DNA of 64,000 nucleotides. Origin: Rhodospirillaceae bacterium (GTDB taxonomy: Bacteria > Pseudomonadota > Alphaproteobacteria > Reyranellales > JAQSWP01). Positions 1 through 9,722 of the stretch are shown piece by piece. Where the stretch lies: contig JBDZUM010000001.1 of the NCBI GenBank assembly GCA_040255215.1, positions 45,576 to 109,575 on the forward strand, written 5' to 3'. A program made the position numbers and the translations under genes. The notes beneath the pieces were generated by a model. It saw only the letters and a list, made by a program, of their open reading frames with translations. It did no database searches and was not told where the DNA came from. How positions within the stretch are numbered: the first letter of the stretch is position 1; each line of letters begins with the position of its first letter.

Positions 1-2937
1 ATCCTGCTGCCGACGCGGCGTGCGGCGCGCGCCCTGCGCGAGGCCTTCTTGCGCCAAAGCGGCGGCAAGGCGCTGCTGCTGCCGCGCTTCGCGCCGCTGG
101 GCGACGTCGAGGAGGACGAGCTGCTGCTCTCGGAGGCAGCCGGCGAGACGCTGGACGAGGCGATACCGCCGGCGATCGACGGCATGGAACGGCTGGGATT
201 GCTGACGCGGCTGGTGCTGCAGCGCGCGCAGGCCGAAGGCGCGGAGAGCTGGGGCGTGGCGACGCCGGCGCAGGCGGCCGCGCTGGCGGGCGAACTGGCG
301 CGGCTGCTCGATTCGCTGCAGATCGAGGACGTCGCCATCGAGCGCCTGGCCGGGCTGGTGCCCGAACGCTTCGCGCAGCACTGGAAGCTGACGCTGCGCT
401 TCCTCGAAATCATTTCGCAGGCCTGGCCGGCGATTCTGGCGGAGCGCGGCGCCATCGATCCCGCCGCGCGGCGCAACGCGCTGCTGCGCCGGCAGGCGGC
501 ACTGTGGCGCGCACAGCCGCCGTCGCATCCGGTGATCGCCGCCGGTTCGACCGGTTCGATTCCCGCCACCCGCGAGTTGCTGGCGACCATCGCGCAGCTG
601 CCGCAGGGTGCGGTGGTGCTGCCCGGCCTCGACCGGCATCTGGCGGATACGCAATGGGCGGCGCTGGAGCAGACGCATCCGCAATACGGCTTGCACGAGT
701 TGCTGGCGGCGCTGGAACTCGAGCGCGCCACCGTTGCCGACTGGCCGGCGCCAGGCGTCGGGGCCACCGATGCCGCGCGCACGGCGCTGTGGTCGCAGGC
801 TCTGCGGCCGAGCGACGGCGATGACGAGGGCGACGAACCGGCGACGACGCCGCCGGCAGCGGCATTGGCGGGACTGACGCGCATCGAGGCCGCGACGCCG
901 CAGGCGGAAGCGACCGCCATCGCCCTGCTGTTGCGCGGCGCGCTGGAAACCAGAGGCAGAACGGGGGCACTGGTCACGGCGGATCGCGATCTCGCCCGCC
1001 GCGTCGCCAGCGAGTTGCGGCGCTGGGACATCGAGGTCGACGATTCGGCCGGCACGCCGCTGCTCGACACGCCGCCGGCCGTGCTGCTGCGGCTGATCGG
1101 CGAGGCGCTGGAAAGCGATCTGGCGCCGGTGCCGCTGCTGGCGTTGCTGCAGCATCCGCTCTGCGCGCTGGGGCTGTCGCGCGCCGATCTGCTGGAGCGG
1201 GCGCGCTTTCTCGACCGGCATATCCTGCGCGGACCGCGACCAGCCGGCGGCCTTGCCGGGCTGCGCCGCGCCGTCGCCGGCTTCTTCGACGAGGCCGATG
1301 CGATGTTCGCGGTCGCGCGAACGGAAACCGACGATCTGCTGGCCCGGCTGGAGACGGCGTTGCAGCCGCTGGCCGAAGCGATGTCGAACACCGTCGCCAC
1401 CGTGCCCGCTCTGGCGCGCGCTCTGGCGCAAAGCGGCGAGGCGGTGGCCGCCACCGACGAAACCGAAGGCGCCGCGACGCTATGGCGGGGCGAGGCCGGC
1501 GAAGCGGCGGCGGCGGCGATCGGCCAGCTCGTCGAACGCGGCGATGCCTTCGGCGCCATCGACGGTCAGCTGTGGCCGGGGCTGTTCGTCGAACTGGCGG
1601 GCGCGCAGGCAGTGCGACCACGACGCGGCTCGCATCCGCGGCTGGCAATCTGGGGTCCGCTGGAAGCGCGCCTGCAGCGCGCCGATCTGATGATCCTGGG
1701 CGGGCTCAACGAAGGTAGCTGGCCGCCGCTGGTCGATACCGGCCCGTGGCTGACGCGGCCGATGCGCCAGGAGCTGGGCCTGCCGGCGCCGGAACGGCGC
1801 ATCGGGCTGGCGGCGCATGATTTCGTGCAGGCGGCTTGCGCCGGGCAGGTGACGCTGACGCGGGCGGAACGCGCCGAGGGCGCACCGACCGTGCCGGCGC
1901 GCTGGCTGGCGCGGCTCGATGCGCTGCTGGGCCGCGATGCCGACACTACGCCGCGCGATCTCGCGGCCGGCGCTTCCTGGCTGCGCTGGGCCGACCGGCT
2001 CGATCGTCCGACCGCGATCGCGGCGGCGAAGCCGCCCCGACCGATGCCGCCGCTGGAGGCGCGGCCGCGCCGCCTGTCGGTCACCGCCATCGAAACCTGG
2101 CGGCGCGATCCCTACGCGCTCTACGCACGGCAGATACTGAGACTGCCGGTACTCGACCCGCTCGACATGGACCCGACCGCGCGCGATCGCGGCACCCTGA
2201 TGCACGCGGTGCTCGATCGGTTCCTGAACGAGGCCGGCGGATTGGTGCGAGAGGGCGACGAGGAACGGTTGATCGCGCTGGGCCGCGAGACCTTCGGCCG
2301 GCTGCTCGACCGGCCGGCCGAGCGCGCCTTCTGGTGGCCGCGCTTCGAACGCGTGGCGCGCTGGTTCGTGCGCGTGCAACTCGAGCGCCAGGGCGAAGGC
2401 GCGACGCTCGCCGCCACAGAGGCGAGCGGCAGCCTTGTCCTGAAGCCCGGCGCGCTGCCGTTCGAGATCGTCGCCAAGGCCGACCGCATCGACCGGCTGG
2501 TCGACGGCACGCTGGAGATCATCGACTACAAGACCGGGTCCGGCCCCTCGATCGACGAGGTCGCCGCCGGTTACGCGCCGCAATTGCCGCTGGAGGCGAT
2601 GATCGCGGCGAGGGCGGCAGGCTTCGCGTCGGTAAGCGGCCGCACGGCGCGACTCAGCTACTGGCGCCTGCGCGGCACCGACGAGGGCGGCGCGATCGAG
2701 GACGTGCTGCAGGCGAACAAGCTCGTCAAGGCGATGGCCGAGCATGGCGGCGACAACGAGGATACGGCCGCCGTGCTGCTGCGGCTGACCGAACGCTCGC
2801 TGCTCGAGCGCATCCGCCGCTACGACGATCCGCGCACGCCCTATCTGTCGCAACCGCGTCCCAGCTTCGCGGGCTATGGCGACTACGACCATCTGGCGCG
2901 GCTGCAGGAATGGACGGTGCGGCATGGCGACGAGTGA
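1..2937 (+). CDS. addB: Double-strand break repair protein AddB (alphaproteobacterial type), 5'-truncated by window edge
   Basis: Frame 1 is open from base 1 (ILLPTRRAARALREAF...) and runs into the 962-aa ORF ending at 2937. C-terminal PD-(D/E)XK-like nuclease motif (KADRIDRL...LEIIDYKTG). Directly followed and overlapped by addA. Confidence 0.85.
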   Translation: MLLPTRRAARALREAFLRQSGGKALLLPRFAPLGDVEEDELLLSEAAGETLDEAIPPAIDGMERLGLLTRLVLQRAQAEGAESWGVATPAQAAALAGELARLLDSLQIEDVAIERLAGLVPERFAQHWKLTLRFLEIISQAWPAILAERGAIDPAARRNALLRRQAALWRAQPPSHPVIAAGSTGSIPATRELLATIAQLPQGAVVLPGLDRHLADTQWAALEQTHPQYGLHELLAALELERATVADWPAPGVGATDAARTALWSQALRPSDGDDEGDEPATTPPAAALAGLTRIEAATPQAEATAIALLLRGALETRGRTGALVTADRDLARRVASELRRWDIEVDDSAGTPLLDTPPAVLLRLIGEALESDLAPVPLLALLQHPLCALGLSRADLLERARFLDRHILRGPRPAGGLAGLRRAVAGFFDEADAMFAVARTETDDLLARLETALQPLAEAMSNTVATVPALARALAQSGEAVAATDETEGAATLWRGEAGEAAAAAIGQLVERGDAFGAIDGQLWPGLFVELAGAQAVRPRRGSHPRLAIWGPLEARLQRADLMILGGLNEGSWPPLVDTGPWLTRPMRQELGLPAPERRIGLAAHDFVQAACAGQVTLTRAERAEGAPTVPARWLARLDALLGRDADTTPRDLAAGASWLRWADRLDRPTAIAAAKPPRPMPPLEARPRRLSVTAIETWRRDPYALYARQILRLPVLDPLDMDPTARDRGTLMHAVLDRFLNEAGGLVREGDEERLIALGRETFGRLLDRPAERAFWWPRFERVARWFVRVQLERQGEGATLAATEASGSLVLKPGALPFEIVAKADRIDRLVDGTLEIIDYKTGSGPSIDEVAAGYAPQLPLEAMIAARAAGFASVSGRTARLSYWRLRGTDEGGAIEDVLQANKLVKAMAEHGGDNEDTAAVLLRLTERSLLERIRRYDDPRTPYLSQPRPSFAGYGDYDHLARLQEWTVRHGDE

Positions 2938-5900
2938 AGCCATGAACGAAACCGCGCGCGCCCAGGCCGAGGAGCGCGAGCGCGCCAACGCCGCGCAACG
3001 CCCGGCGATCGATCCCGACGTCTCCGCCTGGGTGATGGCCAATGCCGGCACCGGCAAGACCAAGGTGCTGACCGACCGGCTGCTGCGGCTGCTGCTGTCG
3101 GGCACGCCGCCCTCCAAGATCCTGTGCCTGACCTTCACCAAGGCGGCGGCGGCGGAAATGCGCAACCGGCTGGCCTCGGCGCTGGGCCTGTGGACGCGGC
3201 TCGACGAGGCCGGCCTGCGCGCCGAGCTGAAAAAGATCGCCGTGCCCTTCGTCAGCCGCGCCATGCTGGCGCGCGCCCGCGGCCTGTTCGCCCGCGTGCT
3301 CGACGAGCCGGGCGGCATCTACATCGTCACTCTACACGCCTTCTGCCAGGCGGTGCTGCAGCGCTTTCCGCTGGAGGCGCGCGTGCCGCCGCATTTCCAG
3401 GTGCTCGACGAGGCGATGGCGGCCGATCTGCTGGCCAGCGCTCGCGATCGGGTATTCGAGCGCGCCGAGCGCGAGGAGACATTGGGCGAAGCGCTGCGGC
3501 TGGTGGCGGCGCGGGCCGACGGCCGGCGCTTCGGCGAATTGCTGCAGGCGGTGCTGGCGCGCCGCACGGCGCTGCAGGCCGCCGTCGCCAGGGCAGGCGG
3601 CAGCGAACGCTTTCTGGCGACGCTCGCAACGCTGTTCGGCCTGACGCCCGGACTGCGCGAGGCCGATATCGAAGGCGAGATGGGCCGTCCGCCGGCCGCC
3701 CTCGAGCAGCGCCTGCGCGATGGCTGCGCAACGTTGCTGGCCGGCGCCAAGAGCGACAAGGCGCGCGGCCAGGCAATCGCCGATCTGCTGGCAGCCGGCA
3801 ACGAACGTCAGGCTCTGATCGAGGCCTATTGCAGCCAGTTCCTCAAGAAGGATGGCGAGATCCGTGCCAGCCTCGCCACCAAGGCGATCGCCGCCGACAT
3901 CCAGGCGACGCTGGCCGAGGAGGCGCAGCGGCTCTACGCGCTGCACGTGAAGCGCCGCAGCCTGCGCGTGGCGGCGCGCTCGCAGGCGCTGCTGCGGCTG
4001 GCGCTGGCAGTGATCGATGAGTTCGAGCGCGAGAAGCGGGCGCGGGCGGCACTCGACTACGACGATCTGATCGAACGCACGCGCGGGCTGCTGGCGGGCG
4101 AGGACGGGCCGAGCTGGGTGCTCTACAAGCTCGACGGCGGTTTCGACCACGTGCTGATCGACGAGGCGCAGGACACCAGCCCGGCGCAGTGGGAAGTCGT
4201 GCGGCGGCTGACCGAGGAGTTCTTCGCCGGCCAGTCGGCGCAGGCCCAGAAGCGCACGCTGTTCGTGGTCGGCGACCTCAAGCAGTCGATCTATTCCTTC
4301 CAGGGCGCCGATCCGCGCAAGTTCGTCGAGATGCGGCGCTATTTCAAGGAACGCATCGAGGACGCACGGCAGGACTGGAAGGAGGTGCCGCTGATCGCCT
4401 CGTTCCGCTCGACCGCCGCCGTGCTGGCCGCCGTCGACCTGGCGTTCGCCGACGGGCCGGCGCGCGAGGGCGTGGCGGAGAACGAGCGCGACCGCATCCA
4501 GCATCAGCCGGTGCGCATCGGCGAGGCTGGCCGGGTCGAGCTGTGGCCGCTGGTCGAGCCGCTGCCGGGCGAGGAGATCGATCCGTGGCAGGACCCGACG
4601 GAGCAGGAAGGCGCGCTGCCGCCGCAGCGGCGGTTGGCGCGGCTGATTGCCGCCGACATCGCCCGCCAGATCGGCGCCGAAATCCTGCCGGCGCGCAACC
4701 GCGCGATCCAGGCGCGCGACGTCATGGTGCTGGTGCAGCGGCGCAACGCCTTCGTCGAGGCGCTGGTGCGCGAGCTGAAGCAGCGCGGCATCGGCGTCGC
4801 CGGCGTCGACCGGCTGAAGCTGACCGGCCATATCGCGGTGATGGACCTGATGGCGATCGGGCGGGCGGCGCTACTGCCCGGCGACGATCTCACATTGGCG
4901 ACGGTGCTGAAGGGCCCGCTGGTCGGGCTGTCCGAGGAAGAGCTGTTCGCCCTGTGCTGGGGCCGCGAGGGCTCGGTGTGGCGCGCGCTGCGGACCCGCG
5001 GCGAGGCCGGGGAAGAACCTTTCGCCGGCGCCTGGCGGCGGCTGGCGGCGATCTTCGCCCGCGCCAACTACATGCCGGCCTTCGAATTCTACGGCGAATT
5101 GCTGGGGCGCGACGGCGGCCGACGGGCGCTGCTCGGCAGGCTGGGACCGGAAGCGGCCGACCCGATCGACGAGTTCCTCGGCCTGGCGCTGGCCTACCAG
5201 CGCAACAACGCGCCCTCGCTGCAGGGCTTCCTGCACTGGCTCGAAGCCGGAGAGCCGGTGATCAAGCGCGAGCTGGAGCAGAGCGCGCGCGACGAGGTGC
5301 GCATCCTCACCGTGCACGGCGCCAAGGGGTTGCAGGCACCCATCGTCTACCTGCCCGACACGACCTTCGATCCGCTGAGCCGCAACGAGCCGCTGGTGCC
5401 GGCCGACGCCGAGGAGGCGATGCTGGTGTGGCGCGGGGCGGCGGTCGACAGCGACCCGACCGCCGACCGCCTGCATGCCGAGCGCCAGGCGCGCCGGCGC
5501 GAGGAAAACAATCGCCTGCTCTACGTCGCCATGACGCGCGCCGCCGACCGGCTGATCGTCTGCGGCGCCAGGGGCCAGCGGGAGATCCCGGAGAATTGCT
5601 GGTACGCCCAGCTGCGCCGCTCCCTGCAGGCCAAGGCCGTGGCGGAAGACGCCAGCCTGACCGAGCGGGCCCGCGATCGCACGCCGATCCGCCTGCCCTT
5701 CACCCTCGGCGCGGATCTCGCCGACGATCCGGCCATCACGGGCGAGATGCTGCGGCTGGAGAATCGCGATCTGCTGCGCGCCCGGGCGCCAACGATCACC
5801 GGCACATCGGCCGACGAAGCACTGCCGGATTGGGCGACGCGGCCGCCGCAGCCGGAGGAAACGCCGCCGCGGCCGCTGGCCCCCTCGCGCAGCGTCGCCG

Positions 5901-6466
5901 ACGCCCAAGCCGAAGCGGTCGAGCCCGCCGCGCTCTCGCCGCTGCAGCCCGACGGCTCGGCGCGGTTCCGGCGCGGTTTGATATTGCATCGCCTGCTGCA
6001 GCTGCTGCCCGATCTGCCGACCGAGAAGCGGCGCCAGGCCGGCGCGCGCCATCTGGCGCAGCCGACCTTGATGCTGGACGCCGAAACGCAGGCAGCATGG
6101 CTCGACGAGCTGATGGCGGTGCTGGAAGCGCCGGCGCATGCCGAATTGTTTGGCCCGCAATCGCGCGCCGAAGTGCCGCTGACCGGCATCGTCGCCGGCC
6201 GCACCGGACCCTACGTCATCAGCGGCCAGGTCGACCGGCTGCTGGTGACACAAGAGCGCATCGCGGTGATCGACTACAAGACCAACCGCCCGCCGCCGCA
6301 GCGCGTCGAGGACGTGGCGCCGCTCTATCTGCGACAGATGGCGGCCTATCGCACCCTACTGCGCCAGATCTGGCCCGACCGGCCGGTCGAGTGCCTGCTG
6401 CTGTGGACCGATGGGGCACGGCTGATGGCGTTGCCCGATACCGTGCTGGAACCATATAAGCCTTAA
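2924..6466 (+). CDS. addA: Double-strand break repair helicase-nuclease AddA (UvrD/Rep superfamily 1 helicase plus RecB-type nuclease)
   Basis: Walker [13 protein letters not shown]. UvrD-family motifs ([52 protein letters not shown]). C-terminal nuclease motif GQVDRLLV...[12 protein letters not shown] 2924 overlaps the addB stop (2935-2937). ATG 2942 is an alternative, and the track start at 2876 is probably an extension. Confidence 0.9.
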   Translation: MATSEAMNETARAQAEERERANAAQRPAIDPDVSAWVMANAGTGKTKVLTDRLLRLLLSGTPPSKILCLTFTKAAAAEMRNRLASALGLWTRLDEAGLRAELKKIAVPFVSRAMLARARGLFARVLDEPGGIYIVTLHAFCQAVLQRFPLEARVPPHFQVLDEAMAADLLASARDRVFERAEREETLGEALRLVAARADGRRFGELLQAVLARRTALQAAVARAGGSERFLATLATLFGLTPGLREADIEGEMGRPPAALEQRLRDGCATLLAGAKSDKARGQAIADLLAAGNERQALIEAYCSQFLKKDGEIRASLATKAIAADIQATLAEEAQRLYALHVKRRSLRVAARSQALLRLALAVIDEFEREKRARAALDYDDLIERTRGLLAGEDGPSWVLYKLDGGFDHVLIDEAQDTSPAQWEVVRRLTEEFFAGQSAQAQKRTLFVVGDLKQSIYSFQGADPRKFVEMRRYFKERIEDARQDWKEVPLIASFRSTAAVLAAVDLAFADGPAREGVAENERDRIQHQPVRIGEAGRVELWPLVEPLPGEEIDPWQDPTEQEGALPPQRRLARLIAADIARQIGAEILPARNRAIQARDVMVLVQRRNAFVEALVRELKQRGIGVAGVDRLKLTGHIAVMDLMAIGRAALLPGDDLTLATVLKGPLVGLSEEELFALCWGREGSVWRALRTRGEAGEEPFAGAWRRLAAIFARANYMPAFEFYGELLGRDGGRRALLGRLGPEAADPIDEFLGLALAYQRNNAPSLQGFLHWLEAGEPVIKRELEQSARDEVRILTVHGAKGLQAPIVYLPDTTFDPLSRNEPLVPADAEEAMLVWRGAAVDSDPTADRLHAERQARRREENNRLLYVAMTRAADRLIVCGARGQREIPENCWYAQLRRSLQAKAVAEDASLTERARDRTPIRLPFTLGADLADDPAITGEMLRLENRDLLRARAPTITGTSADEALPDWATRPPQPEETPPRPLAPSRSVADAQAEAVEPAALSPLQPDGSARFRRGLILHRLLQLLPDLPTEKRRQAGARHLAQPTLMLDAETQAAWLDELMAVLEAPAHAELFGPQSRAEVPLTGIVAGRTGPYVISGQVDRLLVTQERIAVIDYKTNRPPPQRVEDVAPLYLRQMAAYRTLLRQIWPDRPVECLLLWTDGARLMALPDTVLEPYKP

Positions 6467-6500
6467 AAATCAACGGGTTCGTTGGTCACCGCCACGTGCC

Positions 6501-6529
6501 TTGACGCTCCCTGCCCCACTCCCTAGCTT
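6501..6529 (+). promoter_or_regulatory. Candidate sigma-70 promoter for trxA (TTGACG-17 nt-TAGCTT)
   Basis: TTGACG at 6501-6506, a 17-nt spacer, then TAGCTT at 6524-6529. It lies about 50 nt upstream of the trxA ATG. Sequence match only. Confidence 0.3.
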
Positions 6530-6581
6530 TACGGCTCGTTTCGACCTTTCCCCGCTTGGCCCGCCCGGCCCAGGAGTACCC

Positions 6582-6902
6582 ATGGCTACCGAAAAGACCA
6601 CCGATCAGAGCTTCGATCAGGACGTGCTGAAGGCCAGCGGCCCGGTGCTCGTCGATTTCTGGGCCGAATGGTGCGGGCCGTGCAAGATGATCGGCCCCGT
6701 GCTGGAGGACGTCTCGACCGAGATGGCCGGCAAGCTCAAGGTGGTGAAGATCAACATCGACGAGAACCCGATGACGCCGTCGAAATTCGGCATCCGCTCG
6801 ATCCCGACCCTGATCATGTTCAAGGACGGCAAGCCCGCAGCGCAGAAGATCGGCGCCGAGCCCAAGGCGCGGCTGGTGCAGTGGATCCAGTCGGTGATGT
6901 AA
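6582..6902 (+). CDS. trxA: Thioredoxin
   Basis: WCGPC active site ([15 protein letters not shown]). SD CAGGAG ends 5 nt before ATG 6582. The track start (TTG 6501) is an upstream extension. Confidence 0.95.
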   Translation: MATEKTTDQSFDQDVLKASGPVLVDFWAEWCGPCKMIGPVLEDVSTEMAGKLKVVKINIDENPMTPSKFGIRSIPTLIMFKDGKPAAQKIGAEPKARLVQWIQSVM

Positions 6903-6925
6903 TCGCCGGACGACCATCGGAATCG

Positions 6926-6952
6926 AAAAGGCCCGCGTAAAGCGGGCCTTTT
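6926..6952. terminator. Bidirectional Rho-independent terminator between trxA and the convergent secreted-protein gene
   Basis: AAAAGGCCCGC-gtaaa-GCGGGCCTTTT: a perfect GC-rich stem flanked by an A-run and a T-run. It sits between the stop codons at 6900-6902 (+) and 6958-6960 (-). Confidence 0.75.
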
Positions 6953-6957
6953 GCATT

Positions 6958-8583
6958 TCACCGCCCGAACAGCTTCGAGGGGCGGAAGCCGGGGTCGCCG
7001 AGCTGGGGATCGGGCGGCGCCTCGTCGCGCCGGCCGGGCGCGGGCTGCGGGGCCGGCGATTGCGGCCGGGCAGCTGGCGGGGTGGCGCGCTGCGGGGGAC
7101 GACGCGCCGGGCCGGCGCCGCGGTCGACGCAGGCTTCGAGCTCCTTGATGGCGTCGGCCGAGCCGGCAAGGCGGTGGCTCAGCGTCTCGGTATTGACCAC
7201 GAAGGACGCCTCGTTGCCGGCGGCCAGTTCGCTTACGGCCTGGCGACCGCGACTGAGACGGACCAGCAGGCCGGTGTCCTTATGCGCCAGCCCGATCTCC
7301 TGATGCCGTGGCGGACCATCGACGCCATAGACGACCGAGACCTGCAGGTCGTGTCCGTATTTCCAGTCCGGTTTCAGCAGCAGCATGGCCCAGCTGCGAT
7401 CGCGGAACTGCTGCAGGCCGAAGCGCATGGCGCCATCGGCCGGCGCCAGCGCGAAGCAGCTGGCGAACAGGCCCTTGTCGTCGTTGAAACGCTGGAAGCG
7501 CCAGCCGCCGACCTGATAGTCCGGCGGATTGTTGGAAGGTGGCGATGCGGCAGGCGGCGCCGCTGCAGGTGGCGGCGCGGCAGGAGCCGGCGGCGTCGCC
7601 CCGTCGGGGCGGAGCGCCGCGAGCCCGGCTTCCACGCAATCGCGCAAAGCCGGGATAACGCTGTCGGCGCCTGCGAATTCGGACTTGTATAGCGCGCCCC
7701 TGAGGTCGAATTCGATCTCTTTCCCGCGACGGATCTCTTCAAGCCCCTGCGCGACATTGAGAGGTATCTGGAGCGATTGCTCCCGATACGTGATCGCTTC
7801 GGCATCGCGGCCACGGCCACCGTCGATGCGATAGATCAGCTTGATGCGCTGATGGTGCCCCAGCTTCCACGTCTTGTTGTGCGCAAGAATGTCCCAGCGG
7901 TCGCCGGGACTCAGGTGGAGCGCCACAATCGTGTCCGATATCCCGGGAGCGAAGGCCGTGCACACCCTGCGGCCCTCCTTGTCGCGGTTCTCGTCGAACG
8001 TCCATCCTGCATAGGTCACTCCGTCGGGGGCCGGGGGCGAAGGCGAAGATGGTGGCGATGTCGGCGTCGTCGAGCGGGCAGATCCGCCCTTGCTCTCCAC
8101 GCAACGCTGCAACTCCCGCATCGCGCCGGCCGTGTCGTCGAGGTCAGCCACCCTGTTCCGGCCATTGACGTTCGTCCGCACACGACGAGCGCCACGCAAT
8201 TCGGCCACGGCGCTCGACGGAATATCGAGAATCATGGCGGCTTCGCTGTCGGCAATAGCCTTCTTCCTGTGCGCCGCCAATCCGTCGACCTGCCACGACA
8301 CCGGAAGATCGCTTCTCTGCCCCCAGTCGGTTTCCGGATCGATTACGAGGATGTTCCAGTCGTCATACCTGGTAAGCACCAGACCGAAGACGGCGTCTCC
8401 GTCCATCGGCGCAACCGCCATGCAGCTGAGAAACTCTCTGTCCGAATCGCCGAAGTAGGGGCTGACGCTCCAGCTGCCGAACTGGTACCGCCCAGCGGGT
8501 TTGGCCGTTCCCTGCGACAGGGCCGCTCCCGCTCCCGTGACGGCGACGACGACCGCCACGACTATCGATCGAATAACTCTCAT
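6958..8583 (-). CDS. Hypothetical secreted protein: signal peptide plus three copies of a two-Cys module of about 135 aa, separated by Pro-rich linkers
   Basis: 541-aa ORF. N-terminal signal peptide (MRVIRSIVVAVVVAVTGAGAALS/QG). Three internally homologous modules with linkers TTPTSPPSSPSPPAP and [21 protein letters not shown], and six Cys in total. Paralogous to the 8636-9712 product. Confidence 0.7.
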   Translation of the reverse strand: MRVIRSIVVAVVVAVTGAGAALSQGTAKPAGRYQFGSWSVSPYFGDSDREFLSCMAVAPMDGDAVFGLVLTRYDDWNILVIDPETDWGQRSDLPVSWQVDGLAAHRKKAIADSEAAMILDIPSSAVAELRGARRVRTNVNGRNRVADLDDTAGAMRELQRCVESKGGSARSTTPTSPPSSPSPPAPDGVTYAGWTFDENRDKEGRRVCTAFAPGISDTIVALHLSPGDRWDILAHNKTWKLGHHQRIKLIYRIDGGRGRDAEAITYREQSLQIPLNVAQGLEEIRRGKEIEFDLRGALYKSEFAGADSVIPALRDCVEAGLAALRPDGATPPAPAAPPPAAAPPAASPPSNNPPDYQVGGWRFQRFNDDKGLFASCFALAPADGAMRFGLQQFRDRSWAMLLLKPDWKYGHDLQVSVVYGVDGPPRHQEIGLAHKDTGLLVRLSRGRQAVSELAAGNEASFVVNTETLSHRLAGSADAIKELEACVDRGAGPARRPPQRATPPAARPQSPAPQPAPGRRDEAPPDPQLGDPGFRPSKLFGR

Positions 8584-8635
8584 GCCGACATTTTCATCGG
8601 TAGAGCGTTTCCTGTCAAAACAGCTTCAGATTGCA

Positions 8636-9712
8636 TCAACGTTCTGAAGAAGGCGTTTCCGTCGGCAGCGATGGGGCCGCCGGTGCTGCCGGCGCGGGTG
8701 GCGGCGCGGTCCGGGATGGCGGCGCAGGTCGCGGCGCCGTGGCGCGACCGACGCAGCGTTCGGCGGCGGCCATGGCGGCGGCGCTGCCGTTGAGCGCGAA
8801 CTCGTACTCATCCTTCCCGACGCGCAGTCGAAGGATGTTGCCGGCGCGCAGTTCGCGCAGCAGGCTCGGACTGTCGCCGATATCGAGATTCATCAGCTTG
8901 TCGGTCGCCATCTGACCGAGAGCGTTGCGCAGCGGCAGATCGTCGACCCGATAGACGAAGCGGAACGCCGATCCGCGCTTGCGAGAGGAGTCGTCCATAA
9001 AGACGACGACCGACCAATTGCCCGTCGATGTCAGGCGGACGCCGAAGATGATGTCGTTGGCGTCGAGCCGGCTGACGACGCAGGAAGTGGTCTTGCCGTC
9101 ATCGGAGCGGAAGGCGTCGATCGTCCAGCCGGCGACCTCGCCCACTCTCGTGTATCCCGGTGCGCCGGAATCGGCGCGCCGCGACCCGGCGGCGGGCGCC
9201 TTGACGGTGCCGCGCGTGGAGAGGCAGCGTTGCACTTCGCCGACCGCCGCATCGATCCCCGACAGCGACACGTCGTAGACGCTTGCGGCGGCCCCGGTCG
9301 GTTCGACCGAAAGGCGCGCCGCGCCCGCGCTACGTATTCGGCGCATCCGCTCCTTGCCATCCGGTATGGGCGACAACGCCAGACCGCCAGCCGCCGACAC
9401 CGTCCTGTCGTCCGAGGAGTCACCCAGCCACCACCGGAGCCTGACTTTGCTTTCGTCGCGCCAGCGCCCGTTCGGATCTTCGATGGCAACGACCCAATTG
9501 CCCGACAGCGTCAAGGCCAGCGCCATATGGCCTTGCGGTTTGGCGGCGACGTAGGCCGAACAGCCGGCGAAGCCGCCGCTATCGGTGAAGGCGGTTATCC
9601 GCCAGCGCCCGACGTCGTAGTCGGCGAGGCCGCTTTGCGCCACGGCCGCGCCGCCCTGTAGCGCGAGCCCCGCCAGCGCTCCGACAATGACCGCGCTCAG
9701 TCGCACCGTCAT
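8636..9712 (-). CDS. Hypothetical secreted protein: signal peptide plus two copies of the same two-Cys module (paralog of 6958-8583)
   Basis: Real start taken as ATG 9712 (MTVRLSAVIVGALAGLALQGGAAVA/QS signal peptide). The track ORF extends to 9976 across the amidase 3' end. Two modules, four Cys, Pro/Ala-rich C-terminal tail. The start is 10 nt downstream of the amidase stop. Confidence 0.7.
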   Translation of the reverse strand: MTVRLSAVIVGALAGLALQGGAAVAQSGLADYDVGRWRITAFTDSGGFAGCSAYVAAKPQGHMALALTLSGNWVVAIEDPNGRWRDESKVRLRWWLGDSSDDRTVSAAGGLALSPIPDGKERMRRIRSAGAARLSVEPTGAAASVYDVSLSGIDAAVGEVQRCLSTRGTVKAPAAGSRRADSGAPGYTRVGEVAGWTIDAFRSDDGKTTSCVVSRLDANDIIFGVRLTSTGNWSVVVFMDDSSRKRGSAFRFVYRVDDLPLRNALGQMATDKLMNLDIGDSPSLLRELRAGNILRLRVGKDEYEFALNGSAAAMAAAERCVGRATAPRPAPPSRTAPPPAPAAPAAPSLPTETPSSER

Positions 9713-9722
9713 CGCGCCGCTC

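Noticed and set aside
6463-6475. The identical AT-rich 13-mer TTAAAAATCAACG occurs twice, at 6463-6475 right after the addA stop and at 38691-38703 upstream of kdsD. A related GAAAATCAACA lies near 23768.
   Set aside because: At 38691 its reverse complement supplies the TTGATT -35 of a plausible kdsD promoter. At 6463 the same reading has no -10 partner and would point into addA. It does not match the CtrA (TTAA-N7-TTAAC) or FixK patterns, and it matches the IHF core (WATCAA) only partially. Two copies are not enough to call a motif.
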